From an uncultured Actinomycetota bacterium (lineage in GTDB: Bacteria; Actinomycetota; UBA4738; HRBIN12): a DNA stretch of 64,000 nt. Both the position numbers and the translations under genes were made by a program. The notes under the pieces are model-generated. The model saw nothing but the letters and a program-made list of their open reading frames with translations. It had not been told where the DNA came from and searched no databases. Location of the stretch: positions 408 to 64,407 of the forward strand of contig CAVXJL010000007.1 of NCBI GenBank assembly GCA_963762015.1. Reading direction: 5' to 3'. Of the stretch, positions 1 to 9,128 are shown in pieces (the first letter of the stretch is position 1; every line of letters begins with the position of its first letter).

Positions 1-216
1 ACGACGCCGACCGAGTTCGTGACACCGCTCGTCGTCCTCACGATCGCCGCGATGCTCTCCCTCCAGTTCTGGCCCCGCGGGTTCGGCCTCCGGCTGCAAG
101 CGGGACTCTCCCGACTCAAACCCGTGCCGCTCGGGTTCGTCTTCGCGATCACTCTCCTGGTGATCGTGATCTTGGGCCCGGCCGGCGTGGCTCCCTTCAT
201 CTACTTCCAGTTCTGA
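1..216 (+). CDS. MBOAT-family membrane O-acyltransferase, C-terminal fragment (gene begins upstream of the window)
   Basis: The frame is open from nt 1. The translation is a hydrophobic TM stretch ending ...GVAPFIYFQF, a C-terminus typical of AlgI/DltB-type MBOAT proteins. An SGNH hydrolase gene follows 14 nt downstream. Confidence 0.6.
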   Translation, partial: TTPTEFVTPLVVLTIAAMLSLQFWPRGFGLRLQAGLSRLKPVPLGFVFAITLLVIVILGPAGVAPFIYFQF

Positions 217-229
217 TAGGCAGGAGGAG

Positions 230-1322
230 ATGAGCCAGGGACGCGGGGACCACGCCGAGCCGCACGTTCCATCAGGGAGATCGCTCCACGGACGCCGGCT
301 GATGCCGGCGGGACGGGTCCTCATCGTCATCCTCGTGACCCTCCTCATGTGGACGATGCTGTACGCACCGACGATGAAGCGGGCCGCCGAGGCCTCGCCG
401 CTCGGGACCCGGCGCTCGGTGTCGCTCGCACTGCTCAGGCCGCTCGCCGCAGTGAGCGATTGGATCGGGATCAACGAGCTCGCCGACACGATCGAGCGCG
501 CCGTCGGGAGAGACCCGGGCAAGCCGGGCGGCGCGTTCGTTCCGCCACCCGAGGACATCCCGGTCACCCCGGAAGACCCGGACGAGGATCCCGATGGCGG
601 GAACGGCGGCACGGACGGACCGGACGGCGGGTCCGCCGACGATCCCATCCGCACGCCGACCCAGAGCCGGAAGCTCCGCGTGGCGATCGTCGGAGACTCG
701 CTCGCAGCGGGATTGGGCTACTACGCCGAACGCGTGTTCCGCCCGCGGCTCGTCAAGGTGTCTCGTCAGGGCCGCATCTCCACGGGCCTCGCACGCTCGG
801 ACTACTTCAATTGGCCGTTCACCATGCGCCAGATCGTCGATAGCTTCGATCCCGATCTCGTGATCGTGATGCTCGGAGAGAACGACCACCAGTCGATCCA
901 GTCGGTGCGCGGGAGGCGCGTCGCGCGCGATCGGGACGAGCGCATGGCCGCCCGCCTACCGCGATCGCGTCCTTCGGATGATGCGGATCGCGACCTCCGA
1001 CGGGGCGAAAGTGGTGTGGGCGGGACTGCCGATCCCGGCCAACCCCGATCTCCTCGTCCACTCGGAGCGGCAGAACGACATCTTCAGGTTCGCGGCGAGC
1101 CTCGTGGACGGCGTCGCCTACTTCGACTCGTGGGCGCGCTTCCGCGAGCCGGGCGGCGGGTACACGGCGTACTTCCGGGAAGGCAGGCGCGTGATCCTCA
1201 TCCGGGAGGGCGACGGCCTCCACTTCAACGCGATCGGCTACACGATCCTCGCGCGAGAGATCGCGAAGCTCGCCGTCGACGAGCTCGGGCTCCCTCCGAG
1301 GACCTTCGAGGTCTCGCTCTAG
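230..1322 (+). pseudogene. SGNH/GDSL-type hydrolase (DUF459-like) with one reading-frame break
   Basis: N-terminal TM anchor, block I VAIVGDSLAAG and block III GENDHQ lie in frame 2 (ORF 230..). The continuation ...AIGTSAWPPAYRDRVLRMMRIATSDGAKVVWAGLP... and block V DGLHFN lie in frame 0 (ORF 978..1322). The frame switch is around 905-935. This is either a true frameshift or a sequencing error. Confidence 0.65.
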
Positions 1323-1326
1323 GCGC

Positions 1327-2730
1327 CTAGGAGGACGAGTCTTCCCCGGGGATCGCCACGTCCGGCACCTCTGCCATCGCCGCCACGACGTCTTCTTGCA
1401 TGTACTCGACCTCGGGGAGTCGACCGTTCAGGTAGTCGTCGTACGCCTTCATGTCGAACGCGCCGTGGCCGGAGAGGCCGAACAGGATCACGCGCTCCTC
1501 GCCCGCGTCCCGAGCCTCGATCGCCTCGTCGATGGCGCCGCGAACGGCGTGCGCCGACTCGGGCGCCGGCACGATCCCCTCCGTGTGCGCGAACTGCAGG
1601 GCGGCGTCGAACACCGCGTTCTGCGAGTAGGCCACGGCGTCCATGTGACCGTGCTTGACCAGGAGGGACAGCGACGGCGAGTCGCCGTGGTAGCGCAACC
1701 CTCCCGCGTGCACGGGGGCGGGGACGAACGTATGGCCGAGCGTGTACATCGGGAGCAGCGGGGTCATCATGCCGGTGTCCGCGAAGTCGTACGCGAAACG
1801 ACCCTTCGTGAGTGTCGGACAGGCGGCCGGCTCGGTGGCCAGGAACCGGGTGTCGGGGGTGGAGCCCGACAGGCGATCCACCATGAACGGGTAGGCCAAC
1901 CCCGCGTAGTTGGAGCCGCCTCCCACGCAGCCGATCACGATGTCCGGCCGATCTCCGGCGAGCTCCATCTGCGCCTTGGCCTCCAATCCGATCACGGTCT
2001 GGTGAAGGAGCACGTGGTTCAACACCGAGCCGAGCGAGTACTTGATCGCGCCGCCGGAGGTCGCGGCCACCTCGATCGCCTCGCTGATCGCGATGCCGAG
2101 CGAGCCGGTCGACTCCGGGTCCGCGTCGAGGATCGTCTTGCCCGCTTGCGTCGTCGGGGACGGCGACGGGACGACCTCGGCACCGAACGTCTCCATGAAG
2201 ATGCGGCGGTACGGCTTCTGCTCGTACGAGGCCTTCACCATGAACACCTGGCAGTCGATCCCGAAGAACTTCGCCGCCATCGCCAGGGCGGATCCCCACT
2301 GCCCGGCGCCCGTCTCGGTCGCCAGACGCTTCGTCCCCGCCTCCTTGTTGTAGAAGGCCTGCGCGATCGCGGTGTTCGGCTTGTGACTACCGGCCGGCGA
2401 GACCCCCTCGTACTTGAAGTAGATGCGCGCGGTCGTCTGGAGCGCCTTCTCCAGACGAACCGCCCGGTGCAACGGCGACGGCCGCCAGAGGCGGTAGACG
2501 TCGAGCACCTCACCCGGGATGTCGATCCACGGGTCGGTCGAGACCTCCTGCAGGATCAGCGACTCCGGGAACAAGGGCGCGAGGAGATCGGGCGTCACCG
2601 GCTCGTGGGTGCCGGGGTGCAGGGGCGGAAGAGGCTGCATCCCGGCCTGCGCGATCGACGGCATGATGTTCAGCCAGGCCGTGGGCAGCTGGTCCTGGGA
2701 CAGATCGAAACGGGTGGTCGGGTCGGTCAT
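1327..2730 (-). CDS. trpB: Tryptophan synthase beta-like PLP enzyme, TrpB2 type (stand-alone)
   Basis: Intact 467 aa ORF. PLP-lysine motif [14 protein letters not shown] loop and the long TrpB2-style N-terminus ([16 protein letters not shown]). No trpA or other trp gene is adjacent. Confidence 0.85.
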   Translation of the reverse strand: MTDPTTRFDLSQDQLPTAWLNIMPSIAQAGMQPLPPLHPGTHEPVTPDLLAPLFPESLILQEVSTDPWIDIPGEVLDVYRLWRPSPLHRAVRLEKALQTTARIYFKYEGVSPAGSHKPNTAIAQAFYNKEAGTKRLATETGAGQWGSALAMAAKFFGIDCQVFMVKASYEQKPYRRIFMETFGAEVVPSPSPTTQAGKTILDADPESTGSLGIAISEAIEVAATSGGAIKYSLGSVLNHVLLHQTVIGLEAKAQMELAGDRPDIVIGCVGGGSNYAGLAYPFMVDRLSGSTPDTRFLATEPAACPTLTKGRFAYDFADTGMMTPLLPMYTLGHTFVPAPVHAGGLRYHGDSPSLSLLVKHGHMDAVAYSQNAVFDAALQFAHTEGIVPAPESAHAVRGAIDEAIEARDAGEERVILFGLSGHGAFDMKAYDDYLNGRLPEVEYMQEDVVAAMAEVPDVAIPGEDSSS

Positions 2731-2797
2731 CGGGGAAGCCTCCTCGTTCTCCGGAAGAGGGCGAGCCTACCCCGCGACGCGACCACCGGAGCCAGTC

Positions 2798-2828
2798 CGG
2801 GCAGCCGACCGTTCCGGACGGCTGCCCG
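2798..2828 (-). terminator. GC-rich hairpin directly after the Rieske gene stop codon
   Basis: CGGGCAGCCG (2798-2807) pairs with CGGCTGCCCG (2819-2828) around an 11-nt loop, abutting the TAA stop at 2830-2832. No clear U-tract on the minus strand, so this may be an I-shaped terminator or only a stabilising hairpin. Confidence 0.3.
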
Positions 2829-2829
2829 C

Positions 2830-3153
2830 TTATCGGTTCGGCTGCTCGGCGACCTCGACCCAGCCGTCCACCAGGCGAGCCTGGTGGACGGCCACGGGAT
2901 CTTGGGCGGGACCCTCCAGCGGCTCACCGGTCTCGACGTCGAAGACGCTCCCGTGACAGGGGCACTCGACGGTGGAGGCTCGGTCGTCGAACGATCCCTC
3001 GGAGAGCGCGCACCCCGCATGCGTGCACTCGTCCGCGAAGGCGAACAGCCGTGCCTCCACGTGCGCGATCGCCACGCGACCTGTGGACAGGTCGAACGCC
3101 CGCACCTCTCCTTCGGGGATCTCCGCGATCGACCCGACCCGAACGAAGTCCAC
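2830..3153 (-). CDS. Rieske [2Fe-2S] ferredoxin-type protein
   Basis: CTHAGCAL...CPCHGSVF (CxH...CxxH). GTG start at 3153 (VDFVRVGSIAEIPEG). The upstream part of the 237-aa ORF is Arg/Pro-rich off-frame text overlapping the neighbouring gene. Confidence 0.8.
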   Translation of the reverse strand: MDFVRVGSIAEIPEGEVRAFDLSTGRVAIAHVEARLFAFADECTHAGCALSEGSFDDRASTVECPCHGSVFDVETGEPLEGPAQDPVAVHQARLVDGWVEVAEQPNR

Positions 3154-3155
3154 CG

Positions 3156-3844
3156 CTACGCCCGCACGAGCGCCGACCAGCCGCGTTGGAGCGCCGTCAC
3201 GGCTCCGAGGGTCGCGAGGATGATGAGGACGGGAGTCATCGCACCCGGGACGAGCAGGCCGATCATCAGTGCGAGGAACCGCTCGAGCCGCTGGAAGAAC
3301 CCTTCGGTGAGCTGCACGCCCACGGCCTCCGCTTCCGCTCGGATATGACTCACCGACAAGCTCACGACGAGCGTGAACAGCGCGAGGGCGGCGTCGAGCC
3401 GCTTCCCGTCCTCGGCGAGCGCCCAGAAGAGACAAGCGAACAAGATCGCGTCCGAGACCCGGTCGAGCACCGAGTCCATGAACGCGCCCGACCGCTTCTG
3501 CTGTCCGTGGTGTCGGGCGACCGACCCGTCGAACACGTCGCACAGCCCGCCGCGAGCAGCGCCCAGCCCGCGGCGAACCACTCCCCGAGGATGATGAGCG
3601 TTCCGGTGAGGATGTTCAGGAGCAACGCCAGCAGCGTGAGATGCCACGGCCGCACCCTCGCCCAGATCAGGAACGCGAGGATCGCGCGGTAGGGCCACTG
3701 GAACATCCATTGGATCGCGCCACCGGCCGCCGATCGGTTCTTCCGAGGCTTCGGGAGGTCGCGGACCTTCGGAGCCTCGCGCTCGACGTGCGGTCTCGAG
3801 CGATGCCCGGTGGCCGCGCGCCGACCCATCAGCTCCGCGCTCAT
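3156..3844 (-). pseudogene. CDP-alcohol phosphatidyltransferase with one reading-frame break
   Basis: The N-terminal TM part (...WPYRAILAFLIWARVRPWHLTLLALLLNILTGTLIILGEWFAAGWALLAAG) is in ORF 3362..3847. The catalytic motif DVFDGSVARHHGQQKRSGAFMDSVLDRVSD and the C-terminal TMs are in ORF 3156..3710. The switch is near 3545-3565. The ATG at 3844 overlaps the greA stop (TGATG). Confidence 0.7.
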
Positions 3845-4380
3845 CAACCCACGAACGGTTCGAACCCGACCACGGTGTACTCGAAGCTTCCGCCGGGAGC
3901 CTTCACCAAGACCTGCTGATCCTTGGATGCGCCCAACAACGCCCGACCGAGCGGGGAGGACGTGGTCACGGTGCGGGCGCCGGGCGCCTTCTCCTCGCCG
4001 TGCTCGGCGAGGAGGTAGGTCTCTTCGTCGTCGTCGTCGTCGACCGCACGGACCGTCACGAGCATGTGCGGGACGATCCTGTCCGCGGCGACCGGAGCCT
4101 CGATGATCTCGGGATCCCGGAGCGCCTCCTTCAGTCGGCGGATCTGGGACTCCATCAAGCCTTGCGCATCCTTCGCCGCGTCGTATTCGGCGTTCTCGCG
4201 GATGTCGCCGTGCTCGCGAGCGACCTTGAGTCGCTCGGACATCCGTTCCCGGCCGGTGGTCAGCAGCTCCTCGAGCTCTGCCTTGAGCCGGTTGTACGCC
4301 TCGAGCGTGAGCGACGCGGTCGGCTCTTGTCCCGGCTTGCGCTTCGGGCGGGCCTTGATCTCTTCGGGCAGTTCGGGCAT
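3844..4380 (-). CDS. greA: Transcription elongation factor GreA
   Basis: 178 aa. N-terminal coiled coil with GDIRENAEYDAAKDAQ and a C-terminal FKBP-like domain (SPLGRALLGASKDQQV). Confidence 0.9.
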   Translation of the reverse strand: MPELPEEIKARPKRKPGQEPTASLTLEAYNRLKAELEELLTTGRERMSERLKVAREHGDIRENAEYDAAKDAQGLMESQIRRLKEALRDPEIIEAPVAADRIVPHMLVTVRAVDDDDDEETYLLAEHGEEKAPGARTVTTSSPLGRALLGASKDQQVLVKAPGGSFEYTVVGFEPFVG

Positions 4381-4454
4381 GCGTTCGAGTCTACTGAACG
4401 GGCTATCCTCGCCCGCATCCGAGAGAGCGGGTCCAGAGAGGAGGAGCGACGGGC

Positions 4455-5240
4455 ATGGGGCGGCTCGAGAACAAGGTGGCGCTGATCACCGGCGGCGCGA
4501 GCGGGATGGGGATGGTCGCCTCGCAGCTGTTCGCGTCGGAAGGGGCGAAGGTCGTGCTGACCGACGTGAGCGACGACGCCGGCGAGCGGGTCGCCGAGCA
4601 GATCCGCGCCGACGGCGGCGAGGCGACCTACGTGCACGCCGACGTCGTCGAGCGAGTCCGAGGCGCGAAGCGATGGTGGACGACGGCGGTCGAGACCTAC
4701 GGCGGACTCACGATCCTCTACAACAACGCCGGGGTGATGCTCGACGACGACGGCTCGGTCCACTCCACCGACGAGGCCGATCTGGGAGAGGACGCTCGCG
4801 ATCAACGTGATGGGCGTCGCGCACGGGTGCAAGTACGGGATCCCCGCCATGATCGAGTCCGGAGGCGGCTCCGTCATCAACGTGGCCTCGTTCGTCGCGT
4901 GGATGGGCGCCGCCACCTCCCAGACCGCCTATACGGCGTCGAAGGGAGCGGTCCTCGCGATGACTCGCGAGATGGCCGTCGAGTACGCCCGGAAGGGAGT
5001 GCGTTGCAACGCCCTGTGCCCCGGCCCGATCGACACGCCGCTGCTCGCGGAGCTGCTCTCCGACCCCGACCGGCGCCAACGCCGGTTCGTCCACATCCCG
5101 ATGGGCAGGCTCGGGACAGGCCGAGGAGCTCGCCAAGGCCGCCCTGTTCCTCGCGAGCGACGACTCCAGCTACATGACGGGCGACATCGCTGATCGTCGA
5201 CGGAGGGATCACGGCCGCGTACGTGACTCCCGAGGACTGA
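4455..5240 (+). pseudogene. Short-chain dehydrogenase/reductase (SDR) with several frame breaks
   Basis: TGGASGMG, NNAG and YTASK motifs. Coding sense moves between frames: ORF 4455.., ORF 4807.., then ...GQAEELAKAALFLASDDSSYMTGD in a third frame, then LIVDGGITAAYVTPED ending at TGA 5238-5240. Breaks are near 4790-4810, 5105-5115 and 5190, and possibly a compensated pair near 4640-4690. Confidence 0.7.
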
Positions 5241-5637
5241 GTCCGAACGCCCCGGGGATACGCTCGACGCATGGTCGATCTCCTCGCCACCGGGCACACC
5301 TGGCGTGGCGGCGGCGGCCCGATCACGCATGACGCCGTTGGTCGGCGTCCTCCTGTCCGTCGTGCTCGCTCGTTGGGCCTGGGGCTTCGGCTCTCGCCGC
5401 CGATGCTCGGCGGTCTGCATCGTCCTCGGGACGTTCTTCGCGATCGCGCGCGGACGAGTGGGGGCTGACGTTGACGACCGCCGCGTGGCTCGTCGGCGCG
5501 CTCTTCGTCGCCGGCCACATCCGGCGCACGCGAGGAGCCTTCGGCCGCAACTCCTCAGATTGACAGCGGACGCGCCGGCTGGGGCTCAATATCGCCGGTG
5601 GGCCCGCGTCCGCGGGCTGAGAGGGGGGTCGTGACCA

Positions 5638-7203
5638 GTGTCTGAACGACGCAAGGTCGGCTCGGTCAGCTACCGAGAGGTCGGCCAGGACTACTTCGAC
5701 CAACGAGGGCTGAAGCGGCACGCGGGGGTGTTCGCTCTCTGGTCGCTCGGCGTCGCCGCCGTCATCTCGGGCGACTTCTTCGGCTGGAACTTCGGACTCG
5801 GCGTCGGGTGGCTTCGGAGGTCTGCTCGTCGCCACGGTCGTGATCACGATCATGTACTACGGCCTCTGCTACTCGATCGCGGAGATGTCCCCCGCTCTGC
5901 CCCACACCGGCGGGCGCGTACTCGTTCGCCCGTTCGGCGATGGGCCCGTGGGGAGGCTTCATCACCGGTCTCGCGGAGAACATGGAGTACGTCATCACGC
6001 CGGCCGTGGTCGTCGTCTCGATCGGCGCCTACATGGGCGTGATCATGACCGAGCTCTTCGATCTGACGACCACAGCCGATCTGGAACACCCCGCCGTTCT
6101 GGTGGGCGGTGTTCTACCTGATCTTCGTGGGCCTGAACATCGTCGGCATCGAGGCCACGATGCGCTTCACGATCATCATCAACATCCTGGCGCTCCTGAT
6201 CCTCGGCTTCTTCTTCGTGACCGCCATCCCGAAGTTCGACGCCAACCTGCTCTTCAACATCCCGGAGGGCGGCGGTGAGTCGCTCGCCGAACGGAGGCGG
6301 ACCGTTCCTGCCGTTCGGGATCTCGGGGATCTTCAAGGCGCTTGCCGTTCGCGATCTGGTTCTATCTCGCGATCGAGGAGCTCCCGCTGGCGGCGGAGGA
6401 ATCGATGGACCCGGCACGAGACATCCCGAAGGCGACGATCTGGGGGATGACCACGCTGCGTCATCACCGGCGTGCTCGTGCTGCTCCTCAACCCGGGCGT
6501 CTCGGGAGCCAACGAGACCGGCGCGACGCTCGAGCCGCTGTTCCTGGGCTTCTCCGACATCTTCCCGAACTCCGACCTCGCCGCATTGTTGGCGTTGATC
6601 GCGGTCGTCGGGTTGGTCGCCAGCTTCTTCACGATCATCTTCGCCTACGGCCGCAACATCTTCTCGCTGTCGCGGGCCGGGTACTTCCCGCAGTGGATGT
6701 CGGTGACGAGCCCGAAGCGGAAGACGCCGCACGTGGCGTTGATCCTGGGAGCCGTCGTCGGCTACATCCTCGCGTACGGGATCTACAAGTTCGGCTACGA
6801 CGAGGCGGGAGCCACCACGGCACTCGGCGCGGCGCTCCTGACGATGGCGGTGTTCGGCGCGGTCATCTCCTACGCGATGCAGTGCCTGTCGTTCATCGTG
6901 CTCCGGCGGAAGCTCCCGAACATCAACCGTCCGTACCGGAGCCCGCTGGGTGAAGCCGGCGCAGCGGTCGCCGGCATCATCGCGGTGGTCGCGTTGATCT
7001 CGCTGTTCACGATCAGGGACTACCGGTTCGGCGTGATCGGAACGGCCATCTGGTTCGTCCTCGGCCTGATCTACTTCGCCGTCACCGGACGGAACCGCCT
7101 GGTCCTCTCACCGGAGGAAGAGTTCGCCATGACCCAGGGCGAGGCCGGGCACCCGGAGAGCCAGGGGTACGGCCAGACGCACGTCGGGGAGGTCAAGGAG
7201 TAG
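5638..7203 (+). pseudogene. eat: Ethanolamine permease-type APC transporter, broken into at least 7 frame segments
   Basis: A continuous permease sequence can be read across ORFs 5638, 5840, 5940, 6109, 6275, 6342 and 6472..7203 (SGDFFGWNFGLGVG / GFGGLLVATVVITIMYYG...HTGG / AYSFARSAMGPWGGF ...). The frame index rises by +1 at every junction. The first two junctions are at GGG runs (5806-5808, 5912-5914). Confidence 0.75.
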
Positions 7204-7231
7204 GGCATCCCCGCGTCTCATCGGACCGACC

Positions 7232-7263
7232 GCGGGGCGGTGGGCGAACGCCCACCGCCCCGC
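7232..7263 (+). terminator. Strong GC hairpin after the permease gene
   Basis: GCGGGGCGGTGGGCG (7232-7246), AA loop, CGCCCACCGCCCCGC (7249-7263). It is followed by CCGTCTTC and then the GAGGAGGAG RBS of the next gene. Confidence 0.5.
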
Positions 7264-7282
7264 CCGTCTTCGAGGAGGAGCC

Positions 7283-8665
7283 GTGCAGCCGCAGGGCATG
7301 ATCGACGCGAAGCAACTCGAGGAGCTCGCCGATGCCGGCGAGATCGACACCGTCCTGTGCATGTTCACCGACTTCCAGGGCCGGTTCGTCGGCAAGCGGA
7401 TCCTCCCTCACTTCTTCCTGGAGGAGGTCCTCGGGGACGAGGGCCTGCACGCGTGCCTCTACCTGATCGCGATCGACATGGAGATGGAGCCGCTGCCCGG
7501 CTTCGAGTACGCGAGCTGGGAGACGGGCTACGGCGACTTCAAGATGATCCCCGACATGTCGACGATGCGGCTCGTGCCGTGGCTCGAGAAGACGGCGATG
7601 GTGATCTGCGACGTGGCCGACGAGCACACGAGCGAGCTCGTCGAGGTCGCGCCGCGAACGATCCTCCGCCGGCAGGTCGAGCGTGCGAAGGCAGCCGGCT
7701 ACACGTTCAAGACTGGGTCCGAGCTGGAGTTCTACCTCTTCAAGGAGTCCTACGAAGAGGCGGCCGCGAAGCGCTACCAGGGTATGCAGCCCTCGTCCCC
7801 GTACATCATGGACTACCACATGCTCGCGACCACCAAGGACGAATGGCTCATCCGTCAGATCCGGAACGGGATGTTGGCGGCGGGCATCCCGATCGAGTTC
7901 TCGAAGGGTGAGTTCGGTCGCGGCCAACACGAGATCAACGTCACGTACGCGGACGCGCTGACGACCGCCGACTACCACGCGCTGTACAAGCACGGCACGA
8001 AGGAGATCGCCGCCATGAACGGCGCCGCGATCACGTTCATGGCGAAGTGGACGATGGACGAGGCCGGCTCCTCGTGTCACATGCACTCGAGCGTGTGGAA
8101 CGAGGACGGATCCGAGTCGCTGATGTGGGACGACGACGACGCGAACCACATGAGCCCGACCTTCAAGCACATGCTCGGTGGACTGATGTCGACGGCTCGA
8201 GAGATGGCCTGGATGTACGCGCCGTTCGTGAACTCGTACAAGCGCTATCAGCTCGGCTCGTGGGCACCGACCGCGATCCTCTGGAGCCACGACAACCGCA
8301 CCTGCGGGTTCCGAGTCGTCGGGGAGCACCAGGGCAACCGCGTGGAATCGCGGCTCCCGGGCGGCGACGTGAATCCGTACCTCGGCTACGCGGCGACGAT
8401 CGCGGCCGGCCTGCACGGGATCCAGAACGAGGTCGAGTGTCCTCCGCTGTTCGAAGGGAACGCCTACGAGTCGAAGGATGCGGAGAGGGTGCCGCCCTCG
8501 CTGCACGAGGCGATCGCCGAGATGGAGCGCTCCGAGGTGATGCGAGAGGCGTTCGGCGACTTCGTATACGGGCACCTCTTGAACATGGCGCGCCAGGAAC
8601 AGATCATCTTCGACAACCAGACCGTGACCGACTGGGAGCTGATCCGGTACTTCGAACGAGGATAG
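7283..8665 (+). CDS. Glutamine synthetase-family ligase (GlnA3/GlnA4/PuuA-like gamma-glutamyl-amine synthetase candidate)
   Basis: Intact 460 aa ORF. GTG start 3 nt after the GAGGAGGAG RBS. GS catalytic-domain text (EFSKGEFGRGQHEINV, GSSCHMHSSVW, NRTCGFRV). Sits directly downstream of the ethanolamine-type permease. Confidence 0.85.
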   Translation: MQPQGMIDAKQLEELADAGEIDTVLCMFTDFQGRFVGKRILPHFFLEEVLGDEGLHACLYLIAIDMEMEPLPGFEYASWETGYGDFKMIPDMSTMRLVPWLEKTAMVICDVADEHTSELVEVAPRTILRRQVERAKAAGYTFKTGSELEFYLFKESYEEAAAKRYQGMQPSSPYIMDYHMLATTKDEWLIRQIRNGMLAAGIPIEFSKGEFGRGQHEINVTYADALTTADYHALYKHGTKEIAAMNGAAITFMAKWTMDEAGSSCHMHSSVWNEDGSESLMWDDDDANHMSPTFKHMLGGLMSTAREMAWMYAPFVNSYKRYQLGSWAPTAILWSHDNRTCGFRVVGEHQGNRVESRLPGGDVNPYLGYAATIAAGLHGIQNEVECPPLFEGNAYESKDAERVPPSLHEAIAEMERSEVMREAFGDFVYGHLLNMARQEQIIFDNQTVTDWELIRYFERG

Positions 8666-8701
8666 GGATGAAGCTCCGGGCGCTCGGGTAAGGGTACGTC
8701 C

Positions 8702-9112
8702 GTGAGGAAGACGGGTCTCATCGCGGTGACCGTCGTCGCCGTGATCTTCGTGGGGTGCAGTGAAGGAGACCTGCGGGATCTCGCGGATGAGACCGAGCAG
8801 GCGCTCCAGGACGCAGGAGAGGCTCTGGCGGACCTGGCCGATCGGGCCGAGGGACCGATCCGTGAGGCTGCGGACGGTGCCCGGGAAGCCGCCGAGGAAG
8901 CCCGGGGGGCGAGCGAGGAGTTCCGCGAGAACCCCACCACGGAGACCCGGCAAGCCCTCCGCAGCTCGAAGCGCCGGCTGGACGACGTGTCGCGTGAGCT
9001 CGAGGGATTGATCGACCAGGCACCCCAAGGGGTCCGGTCCGTCCTGCGTCAGGCGCTCGATTCCCTGACGGAGCTGCGGCGACGGATACAGAGCCAGCTC
9101 GGGAGCTCGTAG
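8702..9112 (+). CDS. Small helical lipoprotein, function unknown
   Basis: Signal peptide with lipobox (VIFVGC), then an Ala/Glu/Arg-rich helical sequence. 136 aa. Confidence 0.6.
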   Translation: MRKTGLIAVTVVAVIFVGCSEGDLRDLADETEQALQDAGEALADLADRAEGPIREAADGAREAAEEARGASEEFRENPTTETRQALRSSKRRLDDVSRELEGLIDQAPQGVRSVLRQALDSLTELRRRIQSQLGSS

Positions 9113-9128
9113 TCGGCGGCAGGCTGGA

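Noticed and set aside
1396-3348. 650-aa ORF on the plus strand
   Set aside because: It is antisense to TrpB2, the Rieske gene and the phosphatidyltransferase, and has the same Arg/Gly/Val-rich off-frame composition.
5305-5634. 109-aa ORF between the SDR and the permease
   Set aside because: The first 45 residues could form two TM helices, and another frame gives a third (LTLTTAAWLVGALFVAGHI). There is no RBS I trust, no family resemblance, and the region is riddled with indels. Support is too weak to call.
5638-7203. Programmed ribosomal frameshifting in the permease
   Set aside because: Six shifts in one gene with no slippery heptamers or downstream structures are implausible. The two junctions I resolved sit at GGG runs. 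Indel error or decay is the simpler explanation.
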